A stretch of 57,705 nt of DNA, filler included, from Sphacelaria rigidula (lineage: Eukaryota): the NCBI GenBank assembly GCA_964200075.2. It is 9 parts of 9 records of this genome, joined end to end, with 100 filler letters (N's around TTAATTAATTAA, not from the genome) between each part and the next. Parts side by side here need not be neighbours in the genome. Positions count along the whole stretch, not along the records: positions 19,270 to 25,592 come from CAXNAA020020787.1; positions 25,693 to 32,015 come from CAXNAA020020788.1; positions 32,116 to 38,438 come from CAXNAA020020789.1; 6 more parts are not named here. One strand, 5' to 3'. Below are positions 24,481 to 33,713 of the stretch, in pieces (position 1 is the stretch's first letter; each line of letters opens with the position of its first letter). The notes below the pieces were generated by a model. The model searched no databases. It saw only the letters and a list, made by a program, of their open reading frames with translations, and had not been told where the DNA came from. A program made the translations under genes and the position numbers.

Positions 24481-24617
24481 GCGTTCCGACCAGGGGTGGT
24501 GGACCTTCCAGCGGGGGCCTCGGAAGCCCCCCTGAATGCAATCAACATCCCCGGCGACTTTCAGCTGGGCGAGTTCGACATGGGCCTAGACGGTGCCGAC
24601 ATTGGAGCGTTCGACGA
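24481..24617 (+). CDS. RAD21: RAD21/SCC1 next exon
   Basis: gacag acceptor in phase 0 continues KIKM|AFRPGVVDLPAGASEAPLNAINIPGDFQLGEFDMGLDG...; donor GA|gtgagc. KMAFRPGVVDLP is typical of RAD21. Confidence 0.93.
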
Positions 24618-24632
24618 GTGAGCACACACGTC

Positions 24633-24904
24633 TTGACCCTTTTGGAACCCCCGAAAAACAGTACAGACTCCGATATGCGAGCTTTCGTCACCGGGGAAAC
24701 GTCACTTCGAGTTTGGTGCACGAATATGTCACAGTATATACTTGAACTTAGAGTAGTGCGCCGTTTTCGTGGGCTGGATCATCAACAGTTGCAGGAGAAT
24801 AACCATATACTCCGGAGTATTGCCCGAAAAAGCGTCAATTGTCCAAGAAAAACGTCAATTACTATATATCGTCACTTTTACATCAACGGCTCCAAAAGGG
24901 TTAA
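24633..24904. mobile_element. Second piggyBac-type MITE (about 265 bp)
   Basis: TTGA-CCCTTTTGGAACC...GGCTCCAAAAGGG-TTAA. The same right end (ggttccaaaagggttaa) recurs near 54881-54897. Confidence 0.7.
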
Positions 24905-25779
24905 ACAACAGTGTGATTTTTCCTTTTGTATGAGTGATCGATTGTATATTGCTTGTCACCCATTACCCCTTTGCTGCTGAAGGCCTTTATTATAGCCGAC
25001 AATTCCTCCCTTTCTCTCTCTCTCTCAGTTTTTTTTATTGAAGGAGGGCGAGCGGGGAGGGGGGCGTGATTGTCCCGTATATATCCGCTGCAAATCCAGT
25101 CGTGTGCACAGGGTAGATACGTACAAGAACACGATATTTATGGTGGGTACCGCCAGTAAGCGGGAAACACCCGCAAAACGAAAATTAATCGAGATACTGT
25201 GAGAAGGGAAAACGCCAAAAGGCGAGGAAGAGAATGGGGGGGGAAGGAAGCGAACGGAGAAGAGTTGACAAGATGAAAGGGAAGTTAGGAAGGGGGGGAG
25301 GGGGATGTGCTGACGAGAGAAGCACGCCAGTCTTGATACACAGTTTTCATGTGTTGATTGAAGGCTGAGAACGCCGTTTTTTTCTGTGGTGATCGCTTTG
25401 CGTCAAACCTCCCCCGATGGATGGATGAACGAATTTTTTTATTCTTGTCAGTTTTTGTTCACCAGTGCAGTAGCTCATATTTTTTGTGAGTCAAGTTTTC
25501 ATTACTGGGACGTTTGAGCGTTCAAATCCCCCCCCCCCCCCGTTGTAAAACACGCCACTCACTTCGTATGCTAGGCAACCAAGATTACCGGGNNNNNNNN
25601 NNNNNNNNNNNNNNNNNNNNNNNNNNNNNNNNNNNNTTAATTAATTAANNNNNNNNNNNNNNNNNNNNNNNNNNNNNNNNNNNNNNNNNNNNCGTAGCTC
25701 ATTACGCTTCTTCCAAATATTACACAAGAACCTCTTACATATCTTATCCCCGTCCTGTTTCGCCGTCGGGGGGGAAGGG

Positions 25780-26596
25780 GGGATATCGGGGAACGTATTT
25801 TACGGGCACCGATTAGGACCAAATCGTGGGCAAAGAATTCGGGCAGTCACGATCTCGGAGCGGTTTCCCCCCATTTTTCGAAAAAATCGAAGCAAATCGT
25901 TCCGGGATCGTGACTTCCCCCGATTTGTTCGAGGTGACGTACGTGCCTTGACATACAGTGCTAGAGTACGAGGTGTTCGATATTTTTGCAACGGCAGCAG
26001 CAGAAGAACAGTCTCGTGACAGCACAGGCGCGTACCTACTGCCCACACCAGGTGCGGAAGCAACTTCGCACGGGGTTTGACAAGCGGACAACAAGTGCTG
26101 ACGCCGTACCCTGCGGCGATAGTAATATTTCATGCTGCGCTGCGCTGCCATATATTTCACTGTAACGAACACTACCGTCCTCTCCTAGCTGCTGTCGCTG
26201 TACTTGACGGGTGATGTACGGCACTGCACTACTGAACTCTGCTCGCGCACTGTATGTTCTTTGTTCTCGCAATACCGGCTGTGCCATCATGTACCACCAC
26301 ACGGCATTATCATGTACTGATGTAGTGTCGTGCACTGTATTACCCTAGGGTACCAAGGTACGATACTGTACTCGAAGGGTTGTTTACCGCCTGCCTACTC
26401 TTCGGCTTCATGCACGAATACGCAGTACCGCACTCATGCAGAAAATGACCGTCTGTGTACAGAATCGTTTCACAAATCTGTGATACTGTCTGTGCTGTCT
26501 GTGCCATAACCCCCCCCCCCCCCCGATTTTGAGTTCGCGAATTTGAGTTCCACCGATTTTTTCAAAATCGGGGTCCCGCCTTGGGTCTTACAGGGT
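25780..26596 (-). mobile_element. Interspersed element family C, second copy
   Basis: Reverse-complement homologue of 21383-22170. Confidence 0.85.
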
Positions 26597-27380
26597 TGCG
26601 CGGATTGATGATAAAACTGTCGTGTTAAAATTTCAGCGTCTGACTCTTCGAATTGCCAATAGCATCTCCACTCTACGTTTGAAAATCATTGATGGCCGGC
26701 CCAGCTCGTATATGTTATCAGCGTAATGTCTCGCTGCTTCAAAGTTTAATCAGTACACCGGCGTTCGGTTTTTCCAAACTTTACGCAAGTCAAAAATGAT
26801 CGTTTTCTGAACAATATTTTACATTAGACGCTCATATTGAAAAGGAGAAAACTGTCACTGTTCTCTATCGTCCCGTAGAAGCAGGCCGAAAAATGTTTTG
26901 TGACGAACGGTCGAGTTGTATATTTCCTTTTAGAATCTGAAAACCCCGTGGTCTGGACACTGCAAATACGACGCACAGCACTTATGCGCAGCAATTCAGT
27001 GTTGTTTGTTTGCATCACAAACCACCGTCACCTAGCCTGGACACCCATCGGCGAATAACGGGGGGTCCGGCGTACGTGTGCTGCTCGAACGCAGTAGAAC
27101 GCACTGCGATGTACGCTGGTGATGAAAAGGCGTAGTGTACTGCTGTCAAACGCTCTGGCATCTTTCTGTCGGGTGGTTGTTCCCGCCTTGGGTTTGAAAG
27201 TGATTTGGATATTGTGTGCTGAGCGCCGGACGTTCCCTCGGAAGGAGGTCACTTTCCTTCCCAGATTTGAAACACATTGTACAGCCTTCAGGGACAGTGT
27301 TGGATCTCGAACACTATCCGGGCTGCATTGATCTTCACACCGCTGATATAGCCTGAGCTGATACCTCTATATTTGTGCTT

Positions 27381-27501
27381 CTAACCCCTTGACCGCGAGG
27401 GTTTGTGATCTGGTTCTCATGTTCACTCTTCAAGTGGAGATGGAGATGATGCCGACTCTGCAGACGACAGATAACCCACCTTGGCGGTCAAAAAGGGCTG
27501 A
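27381..27501. mobile_element. Diverged relative of the 98-bp piggyBac-type MITE, opposite orientation
   Basis: ctaaccccttgaccgcgagg...gatgccgactc...ccttggcggtcaaaaaggg. Confidence 0.55.
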
Positions 27502-28140
27502 ACACAATGTATTCATATACGCCTCACAAACCGCTTTTTGGAATTCACACTAAAACTAAGTCGGACCAACAAACCCCTACCAAGTGGTGAATTTCACTGC
27601 AACAAGAACCCATTTCCCGCATGTTGTGCTCCGGATGCACCGTCAAAAAAAGGGCACGAATCACGAAGAGAAAAACGATGGCGTTTGTGTACCCAGCTGC
27701 GCAGTGAACCCAAGGCGGATGGCGTGGCGTTTGCTGAAGTAGACAACATATCACAGAGACTGTATTATGCGCTTCTGTTGGTTCTGCTGGAAGATGATGG
27801 CGACTCTGCAGATGACGCACCTTGGCGGTCAAAGGGTTGAACACACTGTACGCATATACGCCTCGCAAATCAGTGTTTGGAATTCACACTAAATCCAAGT
27901 CGGATCAACAAACCCCGACCAAGTGGTGAACTTACTTCACTGCAGCAAACACCCATTTCCCGTATGTGTTGTGCTCCGGATGCACCCTCAAAAGAAGGAC
28001 GCGAATCACGAAGAGACAGACCACGACGTTTGTGTACCCAGCTGTGCAGTGAGCCCAAGGTAAAGGGCGTGGCGTTTGCTGAAACAGTCGACATATGATG
28101 AAGACTGCGCATTATGCGCTTCTGTTTGTTGGTTCTGTTG
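27460..28140. repeat. Tandem duplication, unit about 340 bp
   Basis: catatacgcctc...ggaattcacactaaa...ccaagtggtgaa...tgttgtgctccggatgcacc...gtttgtgtacccagctg...ggcgtggcgtttgctgaa occurs twice. Confidence 0.9.
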
Positions 28141-28675
28141 AGTGCGGCTGTTCGCTGCGAGGTTCCGAGACCCGTGGGAGTGTCAAGAGGTCTGAATCGG
28201 AGTTATTTTTGTGCGTGTCTCCATGAATAACCCGTGTTCCCGGAAAGCGGTAGTTGGTATACATACAGACAGTAGTACTGTACAGTATAGTGCAGCTGGG
28301 TACGATGTAGACTGCACGACTGGCTCGAAGGGTGGTCAGTGCAACAGTGCAGTACAGTATAGTACAGTACCGAGGTGGTGCATTTCGCGGCGGTGTTGTC
28401 GGCACTGTCTGTTTCACACCGTCGTGACTCTGGGGTTCAAGGACAACTCGTAAATTGTACATGCAAACTTATAGGGCATGACACACAGACTGAAAGGTTG
28501 AGCCCTAAAACAAATGCGGTAGCCGGTACACAGTACAGTACAGTAGTGCAGCTGATTACAATGCAGATTTGACGGCTCGAACGATGGCCACTGCAACAGT
28601 ACAGTACAACAGGGCAATACCACGGTGGTAAAATATACAGGGTAAATTAGCATTTACAAAGTACAACGAAACTAC

Positions 28676-29035
28676 CGGTCGCCCCGGTGGCTCAGTTGGT
28701 AACCTCGACACCTTCCGATGTTTGGGTCGTGGATTCAAACCTCGGAGCGATCTGGGATTTTTTCTCATACAACGCCCAACAGTGGAGAGCGTCCATGTCG
28801 TGGGTACACAAAAGTTGACTCTACGGTCGACGAGGGAAAGGGACTGCCGAACTCCTGTCGCGATAAAAAATCAAGGCAAGCACGGCAGAAGGACGGTGGA
28901 GAAGCAAAACAAACAAAAAAGAACTCCTGCGTTGGCCCTCCTCCTGTGTGACCCCGGCTGGTGCGCCCACATACACCGAAAGGTGTAGACCGGCGCCCAG
29001 AATAGATGGGATGACAACGCAGCACACAACACAAC
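28676..29035 (+). mobile_element. tRNA-derived SINE family A, full-length copy
   Basis: Pol III A box TGGCTCAGTTGG, B-box-like GGATTCAAAC, conserved body, 3' stem-loop and CA-rich tail. Six copies or fragments in the window. Confidence 0.85.
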
Positions 29036-29330
29036 TAACAAACAGAAGAGCACACTATTTATGCCTAGATTTTGTCTGTTCCAGTATGCGCCACGCTCTC
29101 TAAACCTTGAGTTCCCCGTCCGGCTGGGTACACAAGCGGCAGCAACATGAAGGGTAAAGTAATATTTACGAAGTACAACACAGCTAACAAACAGAAGAGC
29201 ATAATACAGACAGCTAGATGTTATCTGTCCCGGTGCGCGCCACGCTCTCTCTACCTTGGGTTCCCCGTCCGCCTGGGTACACAAGCGGCAGCGCTTTTCA
29301 AATCACGTGTCTTGATTCATCGGAGGCATT
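29030..29330. repeat. Tandem pair (about 150 bp units), inverted and diverged relative to part of the 27460-28140 unit
   Basis: ctaacaaacagaagagca...gcgccacgctctct...ccttg.gttccccgtcc..ctgggtacacaagcggcagc twice; its reverse complement resembles gtttgtgtacccagctg...cccaagg...gcgtggcg...gcgcttctgtttgtt. Confidence 0.75.
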
Positions 29331-30859
29331 TTTTTCGATCGAGAAAAAGGGGTAGTGGAATTTTGATTTGAGCGAAATTCGCTCATATTTCTAGAGTTGG
29401 GTCCAGGCGAATTTTGAGGTTTTCGATCGAAACAAGCAAATGAAATTCGTAAAGCGGTACTTGGTCGCTTGTGAATAGTACAGTCTGTACTGCCTGCATT
29501 GTTAGCATGCAGGGTTTCTGGATGTGTCTGTGCGTGTTTCGTACAGTGGGGTGTGAACGAAAAGCAGGCAACGTGCAGTACAGACAGCGCGAGGCTATCT
29601 GTTCTTTCTGCTTGAATTACATGAGACGTGAAAAGGACTTGGACAACAGGCAGTGAGTCACATTTTTCAAAAACATAGTAGTACCCCGTATGAAGAACAT
29701 AAAGTCGCACGCTTTTCTGATCAGATCTGCAATAACATGGGACCACGAAACACGATCATCGAAGTTTGAATTATTGAAGCCTGAAGCCTGTCGGCCTGTC
29801 TGGTGACAAGTCACGCCACATAGAGCACTTGCGTGCAGCTGCTAGAGTGACTGCAGGAGACGCATAAACAATTATCGCAACTTCATGCGCGTTTCAAGCA
29901 TTTGCGCGTTTCAAGCATATCAAGCTCATGACAACCTTAGAAAAAAAAAAAACTTATTTAAGCAGGAAAAAAAAAGTGAACTTATTTATACGCGTACGGA
30001 AATAAAGCCTGAATAAGCCACGCATCTTGAACCTGACGGCCCGGCTCTAAAGCCCATGACATCGTGCCTATCTTGTCCGAACGCAACTGTTACCGGTAAC
30101 TTCCGAGTCGAGAAAGCTGGCGACGCGGCGGAAGCCAATGTCCATCTTAGTCCTGTCTGTGCGTATTTCTCATTTGCTTCCGTCGACGACGGCGGGTTGG
30201 TCGGGGGACTACTTTGAGGGGCCGAGTTCAACACCCCAGTAGTCCTCCTTGGTGACGTGTGCGATCGGAGCGCCCTTTTTCGGCGATCTGCGCTACAATC
30301 TGAATGCATCGGGCCGCCTCCTTTTCAGGGCACATCCCGCGCTCAGCAAAAAACTCTGAAAAGTCCCTCATCTTTACTTGCAGGTTTCGAGGGCGAGCTT
30401 GAAAAGCACTCGGAAAATAATTGCAGCCCCGTGATGTGTCAGCGGCGTGGAGGTATTTGCAGCGTCTGGATGGAGATAGCGTCGCTATTACTCACGATTT
30501 CTCCATGTTGAGGACGTATTTTATAGTCAAGTGTATCCAAGGAAGCGAATAATAGTGATTTATAGTGGGTAAAATGTCGTCGAACAGCTCGGACACTTTC
30601 CGAGGTCTAACACCCCCCCACCCCCCCACCCCCCACCCATTTTTAGCGTCCCTAACGGTGATATTTCCTTTCTTCTTTATAGTGGTTACGGTTAGCCGTG
30701 CGGTTGGAAGTCCTTATCTGCTCATCCTCATCAACCATGGTTAATGTCAGGTTCCTCTTTTATTTTTCGCCATTACGTTCAAACCTCCACCCGTGCAAGA
30801 CCCGTGGCGCTGATACATTCGGCACTGCTGCCATGGGCGTCAGCCATGGCTTACCACTA

Positions 30860-30860
<1 letters not shown>

Positions 30861-30956
<96 letters not shown>

Positions 30957-30990
30957 TTTATTTATTGTTATTATTATTATTATTATTGTA
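30861..30990. repeat. Compound microsatellite (ATT)n(AGT)n(TTA)n
   Basis: Directly visible. Confidence 0.98.
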
Positions 30991-31051
30991 GAAGACGAAG
31001 AAGAGAAATAAGAATGACAGTAAATACACAATTCTGTCAAAACCATCTCAC

Positions 31052-31343
31052 CTTGGACCCCGTGGTGGGATTCCCGCAGTCTTCATCACCTGGCACCTCG
31101 ACCTTCTTCAGACAAGTTGATCGCCCGCCAGACAGGTCCTCGAACTGCTCCAAATCAAGATCTCCGATGCAGGTCGCCTCTCCTGCGCCCCATGCCGTAG
31201 CCCCCATTTGCAGACCAAGCCATCCCGCCCCACGTCCGCGTCGCCGCACTTTCGCTGCGTCGTCACGCCGGCCACACACTTGCCAACTCTCTCCAAATAT
31301 GCCTCGACCATCGAACAGAAATCCGGGCCAACGGTGTACCGCC
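31052..31343 (-). CDS. Exon entering an FKBP-type peptidyl-prolyl isomerase domain, preceded by a possible targeting peptide
   Basis: ...EQFEDLSGGRSTCLKKVEVPGDEDCGNPTTGSK|gtgaga resembles the FKBP N-terminal D.S.DGGVLKK....G.G...P..G.KV motif. The donor is good; the acceptor at 31343 is tentative. The remaining exons were not found in this contig. Confidence 0.6.
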
Positions 31344-31959
31344 CTACTTGAGTGCACAAAACATCGCCCCGAGTGTGGGGGTGGGGAGGGGGGCAAAATT
31401 GGTTGTACATCTCAAGATCGCAGCGGCCATCCATGTTCTATTCCACACGATTAACGTTGATCGTTCGACAGGTCAGTGCACAACGCATTGAGATTTTTCG
31501 CACAATACCGGGATTACTCACCAACCCCTTCCTCACATGAGACCGTGACCTACGCCCTGCTTCGTTTCGCTGTCCTTGTACTCAACCCTTACATCTTATA
31601 AGAAGCGGGAGGGGGGGGTGAGGGGTGGCGGTAGTGAGGGAAAGTTTTCGAGGCCCATTCTTGGTGGAGTCCAGTTTCAGTCGAGGAGGCTCGACGCGCG
31701 AGGACAACAAAATGATGCGTCAAAATTCTTGAGGTGTGGGCATACATCATATATTCTATTCACATACATGATACCATTCGGCCATCGTCTGAAACTAAAC
31801 AACACCAATTGTCAGGTAACCTGCAAGCTAGTTTCGTCTATCATCCGGTGTTACTGATGAATCGGCCTTCTCCTCGTTCAAGTTGATGTTGATACTCACC
31901 TGGTTCTGTGCTGTCCATATCGTCTCGCTATATACGACCCTTTTTAGGTGCAGTGCAAA

Positions 31960-32015
31960 GAAAGTAGTCGACTAGGTTTGTGTGACGTGAGTTGACGCGG
32001 TGCGGGAGTGCTGAT
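31960..32015 (-). repeat. Fragment homologous to the copia element 1 LTR, at contig end
   Basis: aaagtagtcgactaggtttgtgtgacgtgagttgacgcggtgcgggagtgctga matches 9395-9448. Confidence 0.8.
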
Positions 32016-32176
32016 NNNNNNNNNNNNNNNNNNNNNNNNNNNNNNNNNNNNNNNNNNNNTTAATTAATTAANNNNNNNNNNNNNNNNNNNNNNNNNNNNN
32101 NNNNNNNNNNNNNNNAAACCACCTCAGGATCGACGTTTTTAAAACCAATGGGGTCAATCCCTGGAGGTACCACGCC

Positions 32177-32220
32177 CCTGACCCTAACCCTAACACTAAC
32201 CCTGACCCTAACCCTAACCA
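32177..32220. repeat. Short interstitial telomere-like (CCCTAA)n tract
   Basis: ccctgaccctaaccctaacactaaccctgaccctaaccctaacc; a shorter tract lies at 40667-40685. Confidence 0.85.
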
Positions 32221-32834
32221 TAGAGATGTTCAAATTCCGATGCGATCCTCTGAGCACGCGGTCCCTCTCACACGTAAGAGAGTTTCGGGAAAAAATGACA
32301 GAACTCAGGGATAAAAGCGAGAACGACTGGATTGTTTATGCTGAAGCCCAGGTTTGTTTTATTTATTTTTACCACGTAGGTGTGGACCGTGGCCAACTTT
32401 TCAGGATCTAGTCTTTTCTGTTCCGAATGCCACGTGGTCGGTGTTATGAGTTGAAAAGGTATATGTCCCGCCGTGGTTTTCTTCGCTTGTACTCTNNNNN
32501 NNNNAGCGCGGGAGAGCATGTACAAAGCCGTGCTATACGATAGGTTGGGTGTAAAATTCCAGCGAAAAAAGACTCAGAGATGATGCGGACAACCTGACTC
32601 ACTCGCCGTGCGCTTGTATTTGGGTAAAATGGCCTAGCGTAGTATAGTACTGTACGGATTAGCGTTCTTTATCGGTAGCACGCGCCTTCTGAAGACGGTT
32701 GCTCCTAAAATTCATTCGAAGTTGAATTTAGTGCAAGCAACGGCCCAAAATACCCCCCGTCCTATCCTAGCATCACTTCACATGTTTGTGCTATCCCCGT
32801 CTCGTTGAATACGCGACAGCAGTATACTTCGTAT

Positions 32835-32949
32835 TCGACTTAACTGTCGACAAGGGAAAGGGGCTGCTGAACCCCTCTCGCGACAGCAAATAAAGGCAAG
32901 CACCGCAGAAGAAAGATGGAATACTAAATACAAACACATGAGGAAAAAC
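32835..32949 (+). mobile_element. Internal fragment of SINE family A, interrupted by the copia element 2 LTR
   Basis: gtcgacaagggaaaggggctgctgaacccctctcgcga...aaaggcaagcaccgcagaag ends at the TGTTGG of the LTR. Confidence 0.8.
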
Positions 32950-33516
32950 TGTTGGAAATCTGTACAGCCTAGCTGCTTGTATTGTGTGAGTTTTTACTCT
33001 CGTAGCAACTTAGCGGGACAACTAGTCACGGTTCAAGTAGCGCGGGATATCGCGGGTACAAGTACCTTTTTTGTATGGATCCTTGAGTTATATATCCTAT
33101 AGATCTGGCCACGTAAGCTCGCAGGATACGACAGTGTATTGCCAGTGTTTGTTAGTGCCGTGGCTTGAGTAAGGATCTAGTCTACTCTGCCACGCAAGTG
33201 ACATGGAAGCGTTTGGTCACGTACGTGTAGCGCTTTGCTTTTTGGTTCCAGGGATTGAGGGACGGAGCTGGTGGTTTTCGTCGCCCTCCAAGGTCACTCT
33301 CCTTCAACACCCCAGTTCCTGCTTTCTGAAGGAACTGTGTATTTCTGCTATTCTTGGCCAAATAAGCGCCCAATCAACTATTTGTCTCACTGATTTATTC
33401 TGAGCCGCAGACGCAACTGATTTCACGATCAGGGTGCAACTCTCTGCTACTATTGTTCGCTGAACAGTAGTCGGACTGTCGTACAGACGGTGCCATGGAC
33501 ACGAATTCTTTCAATA
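32950..33516 (+). repeat. 5' LTR of copia element 2 (about 567 bp)
   Basis: Starts TGTTGGAAA; the first 94 bp are identical to 38345-38438. Ends TTTCAATA, directly before a PBS. Confidence 0.85.
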
Positions 33517-33527
33517 GTTTATGAGCC
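33517..33527 (+). promoter_or_regulatory. Primer-binding site, half-tRNA(iMet) type
   Basis: GTTTATGAGCC is one mismatch from the GGTTATGAGCC(C) PBS known from Ty5/copia-like Hemivirus elements. Confidence 0.7.
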
Positions 33528-33713
33528 TTCGATTCGCGACCAGGCCATCAGGTCATCAACCTTCGACTTGAGACTACATCGGTCAGCACCAGGGAAGGGA
33601 CTTCCCATCAAGGTCGTCACTGCATCAGAAAAGTGAGAAGTGTCAAGCCTTGATATATTTTCAATTACACAAGGTTTCAAGTGTGGTGAACATCCACAGA
33701 TTTTTGCAACAAG

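Noticed and set aside
21383..26596. Inverted 800-bp repeats appearing to flank two RAD21 exons, like a Pack-type transposon capturing a gene fragment
   Set aside because: The two copies lie on different contigs separated by an artificial linker, so the arrangement is coincidental.
28676..28750. Functional tRNA gene
   Set aside because: The A and B boxes continue into a 300-bp body repeated in several copies and no proper cloverleaf forms; it is a SINE head.
30698..30991. ORF with poly-Ile, poly-Ser and poly-Leu
   Set aside because: Translation of a compound microsatellite.
32177..32220. True telomere
   Set aside because: Only about seven imperfect units with non-telomeric sequence on both sides.
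32278..32351. Possible exon REFREKMTELRDKSENDWIVYAEAQ with a CAG|gtttgt donor
   Set aside because: Weak acceptor, no recognisable homology and no partner exon; not supportable.
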